A program made the position numbers and the translations under genes. 64,000 bases of DNA from Cycas panzhihuaensis (lineage: Eukaryota > Plantae > Cycadophyta): positions 246,519,741 to 246,583,740 of the forward strand of contig CM041465.1 of the NCBI GenBank assembly GCA_023213395.1, written 5' to 3'. The notes below the pieces were generated by a model. The model was not told the origin of the DNA, did not search any database, and saw only the letters and a list, made by a program, of their open reading frames with translations. Each line of letters opens with the position of its first letter. Within the stretch, counting starts at the first letter, position 1. This document shows positions 1-13,479 of this stretch, piece by piece.

Positions 1-1761
1 GCTCTTCACATCTATTATATTCTTAGGTGTAAGCCATTCAATAATGGCTCTAATTTTCTCACCATCTATCCACAACCCACTTTGAGATATTACAAATCCC
101 AAAAATACTAAGCTACTCTATATGAACTTGTATTTCTTCAAGTTCATTATAGTTTCTCTACTCTAAACACATCTAACACCATCCTTAGGTGTAATTAGTG
201 CTCCTCCTTAGTTCTACTGTATATTAAATTATCAACAAAATAGACAACTACAAACTTACTAATATATAGTCACAAAATGGTGTTCATTAACCTCATGAAT
301 ATACTTAGGGTATTTGACATCCCAAATGGCATGGCTAATCATTTATATAGCCCATATCTTGTTTTGAAGGTTGTTTCCACTTATCCCCTTCCCTAATTCG
401 AATATCATAATAACCACTTCTCAAGTCGATTTTAGTGAAGTAGGATGCACCTATCAAAACATCTAGCATGTCATCTATTTAAGGGATCAAGAACCTATAC
501 CTAATTATGATTTTGTTAATTGCCCTATAATCAATACATATCCTCCAAGAGTCATCTTACTTTGGAGTCAAAGGTGTAGGAGTTACACATAGACTCATGA
601 TTTCTCTTACCATCCATTTTTTTATTAATTCACTAACTTGTCAATTTAATTCTTCATTCTCCTTATGGCTTAATCTATATATAACTTGATTTAGTGGTGT
701 GGATCCTAGAATCATATCAATCTAACGTTAAATATCTCTTTTTTTTCATAAACCCTTAGGTAATTCTTCTATCATGATGTCATTATACTCTTATAATAAT
801 TTGTCTACCTCATGTGGTATCGATACTGACTCCTCAATATTTTCAAGTCAATTCATCACTAAGGTATAACAAGTCTCTATCTCCCTTACTTCCATCAGAA
901 ATTCCTTTATGGTTAGTATAGTCTTTGCCTAGCCTTATTTCTTCATGGGTAGTAATACGACCTTCACACCATCCTTCTAGAAGGTATAAGTATTCTTTCT
1001 CCCATTATGGTAAGCATCCCTATCATATTGCCATGCCCTCCCAAATAGTACATGGTATGCATCCATTGGGAGGACATCACACCATATCTCATCACGGTAT
1101 GTTTGCCCAATGGTAAATTTGATTGGACATATTTTGTCTACTACCACGTTGCTCCCTTACTTTGCTTACAAAATTTTATAAGGGTTAGGATGCCTTTCTC
1201 ACTGTAATCATAGTTTTTATATCATTTCAATAAATACCATAATCTTTACAGCTTACACTATCATAACAACCTTATAAATCTTGCCACCTGAAGTGCATCT
1301 CATTTAGAAAATATTGTTGTATAGACATGATTCATCATTGCCCTTTGTTTTTCCCTTTTCTTATGCTCGACTTTATTTTGGAGTGATCAATGTTCTCCTT
1401 AGCATTAGATTCTTCCCAACGTCTACTACAACTTGTGTGGGTTGTTCCTATTTCTCAGCTTAAGCCAGATTCACTCTTGGTTGTTCCATTTAATTTCTTG
1501 ATTGGTCAAAATAAGAAAGATATTTATTGGCCTTATAGCCTTCTTTAGTACACCTATAGTAGACAAGAGGCCTCCTAGGTATGTTACCTGCTCTATCAAA
1601 AAAATTTCCCCTTTGAACTCCTTGAAACCTTGACTTCTTAGTTGGTTTTGAAAACTCCTCTACTTTTGTCTACTTTGAGTTACATTTTGTCTCTCCATCT
1701 AATTGGAGGATTCTCCATGGGAGTAGTTGAAGCCACCCCAACCTCTGAATGGGGTTAATAG
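1..1761 (-). mobile_element. Degenerate Ty3/gypsy chromovirus (CRM-like) internal fragment: gag end, protease, RT; runs off the left edge of the window
   Basis: The minus strand gives the RT motifs [48 protein letters not shown] (~230-450). Protease-like NNIF*MRCTSGGKIYKV..HPNPYK lies at ~1175-1320 and a decayed zinc knuckle at ~1530-1570. Many stops and frameshifts. Confidence 0.85.
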
Positions 1762-2290
1762 TGTTGAAAATGGGGTATTAAGCCTATAGCCCTTAGAATC
1801 TAAAAGAAAGGAAATTTTGCTATAAGAATGAATATGATTAGCATCTAATCAAGCTAACATGGAGATAAACATATGAGTAAGTATAAGCATAATGATCACA
1901 AACATGAGGACACAAAATATGGAGGAGAAGAAATTGATCCAACTCTAAATAAATAAGAAGTTTAGATTAACCAAGAACAACAGTATAACACTCACTCTTA
2001 TAAAATACTTGAAGAATGGTTTTAATATATAGAGACCTTGGAGCACCATATATTTAATGAATGTCAAACATACAAGCTAATTAGTTGCATGTAAGACAAG
2101 TGTTCCCTTGAGCTCTCTTGTAAGCACAAATGCATAAGGGTACATTAACCCTCAAGTTACAATGTTGTATAATTAAAAAGAATGTGAGTGCATGTTTTAT
2201 CACTTTAAGTGATAAGTCACACTAACATAAAATACATTAATAAAATATTATAAAGTACATCACTTAATATTTAAACATAAAGATTTAACA
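1762..2290 (-). repeat. 3' LTR of element K (529 bp)
   Basis: The minus strand reads TGTTAAATC...TTTTCAACA, directly after the polypurine tract TAAGGGGAGG (2291-2300). No second copy seen in the window. Confidence 0.8.
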
Positions 2291-5200
2291 CCTCCCCTTA
2301 ATATTTATAATATTAAGTTGGACACTAAGACCATCCCTAAATTTCTTAAACTTCTCTCTATCAAGTGGCTTAGTAAAGATATCTAAAATATGTTGGTATG
2401 TGGACCTATAGAAGAGATTGATCTCACTATTATGAACATGCTCCTTGATTAAATGGTAATGAACCTCGATGTGCTTAGTTCATACATGAAAAACTAGATT
2501 CTTAGTTAACTTGAGCATACTTTGATTATCATAATATAGTCTGGTGGGGTGATCCTACTTAAGTCTAAGCTCTTCAAAAATCCTCCTCAGCTAAATAGCC
2601 TCACAAGTTACAATGATTGTAGCATTCGGTAGATGACAAGGTAACATTGGGTTGTTTCTTACAACTCCATGGAATGACTCCTTATCCAAGTATAAAATAA
2701 TATCCCGAGGTGATCTACAACTATCTTAGCAACCTACCGAATCAAAATCTGAAAACCCCTCCAAAATGAAGTTCTCATTATAAATATTCTAAATTCCATG
2801 TTGCAATGTGCTTTTCAGGTATCTTAATATACTCTTTACCACATTCTAATGTTTCTAATTAGGTTGAAACATGTATCTAGAATAAATCCTAACTGCAAAT
2901 GAAATGACTGCTCTAATGTTGGTGAGGTAGATTAGGCTACCTACTAGTTACCGGTATAATATAGGATTTGTTAGTTCCGATTCCTTATCGAGTGATAACT
3001 TAGTACTATTCTTCATAGGTGTTAGTGCTAGTTTATAATCCTGCATTCTAAAATGTTACAAAATGTTCCAAGAGTACTTTACTTGGGAAAGGAAAATATG
3101 ACTTGGCTATTGCCATACCTCTATACCAAAAAAATAATAGAAAAATTTGAGATTAGTAATCTCAAAACTCCTCTTAAGATCATCTTGGAGAATCTAAATC
3201 ATTATAATGTCATTTTTTGTGATCACTAAGTCATCAATATACAACATGACAAAGACTATATGATTCTCCCTAACTTTATATATAAGTTAAGATTTGATAT
3301 AAATCAATGATATCTATGTCTCAAAAAATAATAATTGATTTTAGAGTACCATACTCTTAGGGCCTATTTTAAATCATATAAAACCTTCTTAAGGTGATAG
3401 ACCAAATATTATTTTCCTTGTTCAATGTAATTAGGAGGTTACTCTAAATATACCTCCTCTTGAAGATTACCATTGAGAAAGACGCTCTACACGTCCATCT
3501 AGTAGATTGGCAACTTATATTGAGTAGCTAAGGCCAAAATAAATCTGATGGTATTCATATTTACTACTCGTGTAAAGGTCTCATCATAATCAATGTCTTC
3601 TTTTTTATTAAAACCATTTGCAATAAGTCAAGCCTTATGATGTTTAATTAAACTATTAGAGTGGAATTTATTTTTATAAACCCATTTATAATTGATTGTC
3701 TATTTATTTTTAAGAGATTCCACCAAATCCCATGTTCTTATCTTTTCAATAAAATGGATTTCATCACCCATGGTAACTTTCCACTTTTCACCTTTACTAA
3801 CCTCTTAAAAAGTGGAAGGCTTATCAACATAAAGCACTTCGGCCATAAATGTATAGCTTATTTGCTATCCCATCTTTGATGGATATTTTTCTTTTATGAT
3901 TTAACTATCATATATTGTTTATGTGTACCATTTAGGTTGCTTCTTTATAGATGTAGTTTCAACCTCAATATCCTTTTACTATAAAGACTGATCTGTTGAA
4001 GAAGTGCCAGGGTCAAGTGGAGCTTTATTTGAAATAGATGGCACAGAAGTAAAAGTAACATGAGTAGAAGATGTACATGGTGTAGAGTATTGTGAGGGAA
4101 GGAAATCCTCAATAATTTATTTAGTTTTTTTAGTAGAAGATTGGATAGATGCATATTCCAACTCCTTGTTTTTAACAAAGATTACATCTCTAGATAGATG
4201 CATTTTCTTGGCATTGGGATCATACATCCTATATGCTTTGTTATAAATAGTATAACCAACAACAACGTATTTAAGACTATTCTTATCTAACTTAGTTCTT
4301 TACTGATAGGAAATATGCATATAAACAGTACACCCAGAAGTCCTTAAATAGCTAACTATTGGCTTTCTGTTAAACCAAGCCTCCTCTAGTGTGATATTAG
4401 TGATTATTATAGTTGGACTTCCATTTGCCACATAGGCTGCTATGTGAAATGGTTTTGCCTAATGAGAATGATGTAGCCATTTTACATGCATCATAGCTTT
4501 AGTTTTATCAGCCAAAGTCTTGTTCATCTGCTTAGAAACTCCATTCTGTTGAGGTGTATGAGAAGTAGTAAGTTGTCACCTAATTCCATGAGCCTTACAG
4601 AACTAATTGAATTCCCCTGAGGTAAATTCTCCTCCATTGCCAGATCTTAAGATTTCGATTGATAATCTAGGTTCATTTTCCACTTTAAATTTGAATTTCT
4701 TAAAATTTTCAAATACCTCTTATTTTTACCTAATAAAGTATACCTAAACTTTATGTGAAAAATCATCAATGAATGTGATATAATACAAAGCTCCTTTAAG
4801 AGATGTCATGGACATGGGTCCATATAAATTTGAATGAATTAACTATAAAGGTTGTAATACACGCCATGAGTTACCTTTAGGAAAATGTTGTTTATGTTAA
4901 GTCCCCATAATACATGCTTCACAAAGATACTTTAAGGCATATATCTTTAGAATCCCATACACCATGTTTTTAGTGAACATCAACTTGATATTGTCTAAGT
5001 TTAAGTAACATAGTCTATTATGTCAAAGTTGATCAGTTGACATTAATTAAGTGACAGAATAGGCAAGTGTTATATCAAGTGTAATGTTTGGTGTATCAAG
5101 TTTATAAAGTCAATGGTCCTCATACAAATAGCTACCACTTAATTATTTTTATCACTAATTATGCATTTCCCACATTTAAATAAAATACACATATATTATG

Positions 5201-6470
5201 TGTCTAACTAACTAACAAATAAGAGGCTTTTCTACATTAAAGATATCAGATAGGTATCTCTAGTGAGAAATATAGAAGTAGGGTTATTAGGTGAATGGAA
5301 TAAGATAATTTTGTCTATACCAAAAATCTCAATAGATTCATTGTTACCAAATGTAACTTATTACCATCTTCATTCTTTTATATTGTAAAGTAATTCATCA
5401 TGCTAATCATATGCCAAGATGCCCCTAAATCAATTGTCCAAGTGTTATCACTTCTAGAGTTGTGATAAGTATAAAATATTTTATCTTCATCTGCAAATTA
5501 ATTTGGGTAGCATTGATTGCCACCTCTAAAGCCCCTCTTTCCTTTTTGACCTCATCTAAAGCTACATCGATTTGGTCTAGGGGATTATCGTTGTTGTTGT
5601 CACTGAAATTGTTACTGATGAGGCTATTATTGTTGTTGCTACTATTGACATAACTACTAGAACTGTTACTATTACTACAAATCTAATTACTACTTTTTAC
5701 ATTCAGGAGCTATGTGGTCCACCTTACTACAACAATGACATCTAATATTAGATTCAGATATATCAATGTTCATATTCCCAAACTATTCTTGAAGTGATTA
5801 TTTATGATTATATTTGGCTTTAAATTTGGTCACGAATGTTCCTGAATGGCTCATCTTGCTATAGATAAATTTGCTCTTCTTGAAGTAAGAGGCTCTTAAG
5901 CTGATTGAAAGTCAAAGTAGCCAATGTGTCATCTCTTTTGATAAAGGAGATGAATCCATTGTATTCTTTTAGCAAAGCATGTAAAGTGGAAGTTACAAGT
6001 TCATTTCTTGAAACTGGTTTACCAAGAGTATTTAACTTGTTACAAGAATGCCGACATGGACTTTACAAACTTCAATAGATATAATTTTACTTTGATCATC
6101 ATGATGTGAGCCTCATCTCACCTCTCATATAATGAAGACAAAATATACCAAACTTCTTTTAAGGTATATGTACATGTAATATTTTAGTCTACATTTATAT
6201 CAGTAATCATATGTAAAAATATTAAGGCAATCTTATCCTTAGCCTCCTAAACAACAACTAAAACAAGATCAGGATAAATAATTACACTACTATCATGTGG
6301 GCTTTCAATAGGTATTGGTTTAAGATTCTTTTCAGAAATAAATATCTAAAATTTATTCATGATTAGTATATTATGTATTTACCTCTTCTATTTGTGATAA
6401 TTATCTTGTCTATTCAATTTAATAGTGCATGCCTTAAGCATATTGATGGTAGCTATAATGTTCAAGTTGA
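1762..6470 (-). mobile_element. Element K: Ty1/copia retrotransposon with 3' LTR and complete but decayed gag-pol; 5' LTR not found (leader may extend to ~8170)
   Basis: Minus-strand order is gag (~5900-6460), zinc knuckle CHCCSKVDHIAPEC (~5700-5741), protease WTIDLGAS (~5415-5440), integrase (FIDDFS.KV.VY, SHTPQQNGVS, ~4170-4900), RT (LYIDDL, ~3230) and RNase H (TKHIEVHYHLIKE, ~2330-2700). This is the copia domain order. Confidence 0.92.
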
Positions 6471-9400
6471 TTAAAAGATCTTGAAACTAGTAGATGACTT
6501 GAAAACTCAAAGCTCTTATTGCTTAAATTCCATTTTCTAACACACCAATATCCATGATCTTGCAAGAAGATCCAACAACTGAAGAGAGTGATGAGGAGTG
6601 GAGGACTAGGTTAGGAGTTGGTCTACCCTTGATCTTTATAAGTAGATACAATAATTGGCTAAGCTAACTTTAGGATAAGGTTAGGTAGGGTTGATCTACA
6701 CAAATGTACCATGCTTTCTTTAGGATTCATAGCCTCATTAACACCGTTTTCGAACCCTCTTTATTTTAAAAAATCCTAATTATCGTGCATTGATCATAAA
6801 GTTGATCGGTCCCCTAAGAAATCTACCAAGCTAGAGATTATAGAGGCAAGGTTTTAACCTTTTTTCGGCCTCTCCTACAAGATTTAAAAAAAAAAATTAA
6901 AGGTTTAAGTTAAGTTAGATAAATTTATTTAACTGTAGATGTTGTTGCTTATAATGTTTAATTAATATCTCAATGAAATGGCTTCAAAATAAAGCAATTG
7001 AATATACAAAAGTTAATACATAAAAGGTTTATAAAAACACTTAAAAATATAAAAAAAGTGTTAAGTGTCCAATAAGAAATTACTTGCTTTAATGTGGTGC
7101 TTAAAGTAGGTTTATTTTTAAAGACAAAAGAAACCACTTAATGCCATATTTAATCATATATGCCAAGTAGACAATTATTATCAAAGTATTAGGACTTTAA
7201 ATAGTCCTAACCAACTTAATAAAATAAGTGATTTTTATTAACAATAGTGTTTTTGTGGCCGCCTTTATGACTAGGGCATCAAAGCCACCTCACACAAAGC
7301 CTTATAAAATCAATCACAATGTGATTTTATCACGATTGAGTATAAAATATCATTAAAAAATCACTTATTTTAAGTTAACAATTTTTTTAATATGTTAATG
7401 AACTTAGAAAATAAACATAAGATTAAAAAATAACTAAAAATTATTAAATATCACTATAAGAGCACTTTAAAATATAAACTTTATAAAGTAAAGTTTATTT
7501 TATATAGAATATTCCTAGAATATTCTATATTACATAACCTAAAGTTTATTTCCAAATGTAAAAAAATGAAATATTTGATGAATTCGAATGACAGCGATAG
7601 TGGCATATATCCAAACACATAGATGCTTGTAACTCTCCACAAAATGATCATATCATTACCAAATTTTAGGACATGGTCATGTAAGCATGAGATAAGTTCC
7701 TCTCAAGTTTCATAAGATAAAGAGTTGGGTGCAATAAGAACAAAGCTAAGCAAGGTCAAACAAAGGCGAACAATGGGTAGACAATCGAATTGTTATTATA
7801 CTTTATTCAAGGGTTTAAAATACAATATTTTACTTTAGATCTCTACTCTAGAGTTAATACCAGCTGCCATAATCAACAAAATAGGCCAAGACTAACAAAT
7901 TTATAAGAAACAAGTATTTTTAATTAAAAATTTTGCCCTGCATATAAGAAATCTACCCATAATAGTGTTAGCTCTTTATATATGAGGAGCAGGCTAAGAG
8001 GAGTAAAGATAGAACTAATTCCTAATCAAAAAATAAAAATCTTTCAGAGATCTACCAGTAATCTTATAAAAAATATTTTTTATTGCAAAAAATTAAAGAA
8101 AATCACTAATTTTTATAATATTTTACCATTGTACCTAATGAAATGAATTTGAAAAAAATATTTAGAATGTAAAATTAGTGATCTCCAGCCTCTTTCCACC
8201 TTGTTCATTCCTTAGAAGGATCTCTTTTTACCTTAACACCACCTATGTAATCTCTTTAACCCTTTTCTAAAGCTCTTGCATGCTTCTATTTAATTGTGCA
8301 TTCCCTCTTTTGGCTATCTTACCTCTCAAGTTATTTACTCTTTTCCTATAAACATTATCAACCTATTATCAACCTACTTCTAATAATTCTCAAACAGATT
8401 TTAAAGGAAATACAAAATTTATCAACCTCCTAAAGTTGAAACATGTTTTAATACTAAATGATAGGGTGGTAATCTCTCCAATAATACAACCATGCATGTA
8501 GAAGAATTTATCACAAAAAATATAGAATCAAACTTTCCATAAAAATACTTCTTTTATAAATTTCTAATTTTCCATTAAAAAAAACCTAAAACTAAAAACC
8601 AAGTATTTGTATAATGTATAATTATATAAATTTGTGGCTTTTAGCCATGAAAAAATCTTAATTACCATCCCCTAAAATTAAAAATAAATTTAGAGTAAAA
8701 AACTCTCAAATCTAAAATTTTCTATTTTTAGTAAGTTTTTAAAAGTGTATTGAATCCCATAAAAATTGACTCATAGGTAATTAAACATATTATATGTCCT
8801 ATAGGAACTCAAATGAAGTAAAGCTAATCTCTTAACTTAGAAAAGTGATACCCATAAATTTTTATAAAATTGAAAAAGAAACTTAAACTAAAATTTTGGA
8901 TAACTAAACAATGTATTTTGGGTCTAAAATCGATTCACAATGTTCGTAAAGCAGTAGAATTTCTTTAGAGCCTTTGTAACTTTTTGAGATAGTTATCTTT
9001 ATATTGATCAAATAGTATAAATTTATGTCATCTCTAATAAATAGCATTTTCTATATACTCCTGCATTAGTTGCTCCTAATTTAAACCGGTTCTATTTTGA
9101 CCTTATCATTTGTATATCTTAGCTTCTTTAATGTTTGATTTCTATAATTCTTAGGAAATCAAATCAAACTTAATAAAATTATACTTTTATAATTGTCCAA
9201 CCCTATCTATCATGATTCACATCTATTCATAAATACAAACATCAATTTTTCACTTTGGTTTTGATTCTTATCTTTAATTTGTTTAGGCTTTTATTATCTT
9301 TAATTAAATATGACTTTAATTTAAAGATGACTAATGTTTAATGCACATTAAAAATAATAATAATAGTAATAAAATATGGCAGAGGAATACTCAACTCGCT

Positions 9401-9577
9401 TTCTTTACAAAATACATCAAACATAACTTAATTCACCTTTTGCCCAACTCCTTTTAACCTTAATGTCATACAATTTCATCAATCTAATGATAACATAACT
9501 AAAGGTGTGGTAAATAGAAGATTTTATAAGACACTTAAGTAAATTACAGCTAAGAACTTAAATAATCCTTTATTTTA

Positions 9578-9652
9578 GGTTTGAGTGATTAGTGGACAGA
9601 TAAGTAAGGTCTTAAGTGAAAAAGGTTTAGAGTTTAAATCTCAATAAAACCA
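9578..9652 (+). other. Decayed tRNA-like unit 1 (75 nt)
   Basis: Acceptor-like stem GGTTTGA/TAAAACC (6/7 pairs), D-loop-like AGTGG, T-arm GAG-TTTAAAT-CTC, and a T-run shortly downstream. No usable anticodon stem. Confidence 0.5.
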
Positions 9653-9745
9653 TTAGTCCTTTTTAATTCCTTCAATACTTTACTTTCTTTTATAAGATCA
9701 AATGTAAGTGTGATAAAAAAATTTTAGAAATACATTAACTTAATA

Positions 9746-9833
9746 AGACTAAGTTGACCAAGTGGTTAATAGTAGGTTAGATAACACTTATTAAGGGAAA
9801 GGTCACAAGTTCAAATCATTTTGCCTTTAGACC
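9746..9833 (+). other. Decayed tRNA-like unit 2 with Pol III A-box and B-box
   Basis: A-box-like TGACCAAGTGG (9755-9765), AGGTC then B-box-like AGTTCAAATC (9808-9817), partly complementary ends, and TTTTT at 9834-9838. Confidence 0.5.
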
Positions 9834-11884
9834 TTTTTATTAACTTTTCTTTATTTGAAGTTTAAACTTGAAATTTATAAAAAAAGAAAAAGCCACTTCC
9901 ATTTTAATAATATAAGTCTCAATTTAATGGTTAGAAGGGAGTTATATAAACTTTAAGTTGGAGGCATTTCCTTAATTTTGGGCCTCTCCCATAAAATTTA
10001 AGAATTTTATGTATGATTTCACTACCAATAGTTAGATATATATTAGATCATATCTAGTTACTTATCATTTGCCTTATGCTACATTTGGTTGCTTCCATTT
10101 GCTTGTTATTTTATCTTACATAGTATGTGACTGAGTATTTACTTAGTTTGCCTATACATATTATATTCCCTTTAGTAATAATAATACAAGTTTTATTTTC
10201 TATAACATCTATTTTATTATGGAAATATTGCATTGTAAGTTATCCATTCAATTATAACAATCACTATGACATAGTTTTTTTATTACAATGTTTCTCAATT
10301 ATCATTGTTTTACATACATTGTTAATGTTTCAGGCACATGATTTTTGTTATTATTTTACACTTTCTTATAACTACTATAAGCATCCATTTCAAATTAACA
10401 TGAACTTGCACTCCTCTAAGTTGCCTTACATCAGTGAAACGTAGGTTGAGTTTCTGTTTGAGTTAGTTATCTTATGAGTTAAATACAAGTATGTACCCCT
10501 CTAAGTAATTTATTTTTATCAATATAAGAATTATCTATTGTTTTTCACTTACAATTATCTTCTTTTACATTTCTTACCTCGATATTGAATGCAATTATTA
10601 ATTTCACTTATACTATTATGTAGATCTTCTCGAATAAATGTAAATTGAGTGGTCATGAGTTAAAAGTAGACACTATATGAGCAAGTTATGTCTGTTATAT
10701 AATTTTATATTCTCCCATTAGTCTAATCTCATAGTGCTTGAGGTCAACTTTATAATGTACCACAAAAATAGCACAATTAATATTCTTTAGTCTAAAAACC
10801 CAACTTTATAATATGTTTTAAGATTTTTTTATTTTTTGATCTTCCTTATTTTCATTATAAATACTCTTATTATCTTTATTCTTTACAAATATATCTTGAT
10901 GAATGATTTAATTATGACCTCATGATGTTATCATCTTTTATTTGCTAATGCTAAAGTGAGGTGCTTTTAGATTACATTATTATGGAATCGACATCAATCT
11001 CTTAAGTTTGATCTCTCTTTCATATTTTATTTTAAATTTGTTTATATATTTTCATATTATTTTCATTTCCTTTTCATTCCTTTTACTTATTTAGTTTTAT
11101 TACTTTGGAGAGCTTATCAACTGGCTTCACAACTAAATAAATATATACACACATAATGCTTTATCCCTATTTGAAGGCACTCTTACTTACCCTCATATAT
11201 GCTTGTATTTGATTTTTTTAACAATCAATAGGTGTTTAGTAATTGAGCACACACACATCAAGTGATCACACAACCTCAACATTAAACTAAGTAAAAGCCC
11301 CCTTTGTGCCCTATTTGATTATTTTTATCAAAATAATAGAAGCAATATTAGTTTATATTATGAGTCAATAACTCTTTCTTATTGAAAATTACATACAATT
11401 CATTATATTTTGACATAATTAGCAGTTATGCTCTCATAATCTTTCATTACACATAAGATATATGTTGCGTATAGCATGAAATTTACTTCTTTTTGCTTAG
11501 GTATACCTCATCTCTAAGTCTCATATTAAATAGGAGAAGCAAATTCCCACTCATCAAGTAAATAAGAAGTTGTAAAAGAGAGTATTTATATATAAATGAA
11601 AAAGGATTCTTTTTAATCAAAGGTCTGTTAATTTTAGAATTAAAGATGCATAAAAATAGAATAAAAACAAGCTCACTTTTACACTTAAAAAAAGGGGATT
11701 TTCATCATGAGAATTAAAAGTGATTTTTTGCATTAAGGAGAGGCATACATTTTTGTTTTATATTTTAGGAAATTCTAAAAAAATAGTAATATTAAGGAGG
11801 GAAAACTATGGAGTACTATATTTGCATCATATTTTTGAAAAGTAAGTTTCTATTTAAGATAATTTTCATGCATCAAGAGAGGGT

Positions 11885-13027
11885 TGTAGTTAGATATTTT
11901 AACAAAAAATAACGAGATATAAATTGCATTGTATTTTCATTTTATTTTATGTATATCTTAAAAGTAAATTAAATAATGAATAAGTATTGTACAAGTGATG
12001 TACTTTTGCAAAATATTTTAAACACAAAATTACTTAGGGCATATTCACACTCTTTGTTTTTAGGGTTCACATATAAACTTTAAACTTTGCCCCTTAGATT
12101 TGAGTATGCGGTCACTTTAGTGACCTTCTAAGAGTAAGTATAACATTACATAAGTTATTTTGGACAATTATATTGGGGAAATATTATTGTTTCATCAACT
12201 TTTTATCAACCCCAAGTCCACTACGTAGGTCATAGCTATTTGCTAAGTCAAACCCTAATCACTTTTCTTATTAAGTTTGTATTGAATTAAGACTCTTTAT
12301 GTAACCCACAATAAAATCTTTAGTGTTCAACATCCTCAACTAGTTGGAAATTTTTACTCCTAGGGTGAAGACATATATGTGCATCATACCTTCTAAGATA
12401 AAGCCATAAAAGTCTTAGCTTTTAAGTGAACTTAATGAGTTTTGATAGAACTAAAGAGTAAGTAGGTGGACTCTATACTTACTCTCTATGATTAATCACA
12501 AGATTGTTACTAATTGAGTAATCTCTATTAAAGGGATTATTAGAAGCTTTATCATTCACCATTTGAGACAACTTTAGCTAAACTCTAGGCCCTAAAGTTT
12601 ACAATAGATTTCATCACCAAGGTTGAGGGAGTCATATTAGAAAGGGTTTGAGGTCATATAATTGAGGAAGCCCACCCAATAGTACTTAGTTATAACCTAG
12701 AGGCCTTAGGTTGGCCTCATTGATTTGTTATATGAAAATATTAACATGATACCTTAGTCTTAGTATTTCCTCTATAGTGGGTATGAACCCCCATTTCTAT
12801 TAGGGTTTTAGTTGAATTTAAAGTAACTTTTGACACTAATTAATAAGTGTACTATACTAGTTTGATTTAGGTAACACATATAGCTTTGCTTGTTGATTTT
12901 TATGAAACCACTAGAAACTTATATTATTTTTAATTTGTAAAAATGTTAATCAGTTTATAAACCTATTTCCACCCAAATATATAGGATTTGTTTTGTGGAA
13001 TATCAAGGGGAAATTTCTATGTCAATA
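11885..13027 (+). repeat. Putative LTR of gypsy element J (left boundary uncertain; alternative start TGTAACCC at 12300)
   Basis: Begins TGTAG after purine tract AAGAGAGGG (11875-11883) and ends GTCAATA (decayed CAACA) just before a PBS-like sequence. There is no second copy to confirm it. Confidence 0.4.
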
Positions 13028-13033
13028 TTTTTT

Positions 13034-13054
13034 TAGTGATCATAGAGGAGACTC
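13034..13054 (+). promoter_or_regulatory. Decayed primer-binding site, probably tRNA-Arg type
   Basis: TAGTGATCATAGAGGAGACTC resembles TGGCGACCACGAAGGGACTC after C>T/G>A changes and lies ~430 bp upstream of gag. Confidence 0.5.
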
Positions 13055-13479
13055 AAGTCATAGTCTAGTCCCTTACCATTATTTTAATAATTTTCACTTA
13101 TCAAATTATCATGCCAATGCTCTTGTCGATGTTTTATCATTTCTACAAACTCCACTATGTTTTAGGTTGACTTAATCACTTGTCACTTATTTATCCTTAC
13201 ATATTTGAAGAGGTTATTACCTCTCAAATTTATTGGATTCTATTTTTACCCCCTTGTACTTCCTAATTTGATCTACTAGTATTTTTAGTAGTATTCTCAG
13301 TTGCCTACTCATTTGTAATTATCGACTGCTTTGGTTTAACTCTTAGTGATGATCTAATCTTTTAATCTCCATGGTTTCCAAATATGAAAAAGCTCTGTCC
13401 TTCCATCTCAAAATCACTTCATTAAGATTTTAATGTCTCGATCCAATCAAAACTTCACCATTAGTCATTGTAGTCATTG

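Noticed and set aside
9578-9833. Functional tRNA genes
   Set aside because: No anticodon stem and a mutated T-loop; reported only as tRNA-like remnants.
10127-10444. Hydrophobic 105-aa ORF considered as an env-like or membrane protein
   Set aside because: It has a GTG start, a composition explained by T-rich DNA, and no recognisable motif. The same applies to ORFs at 34125, 34439, 55120, 56781 and 59354.
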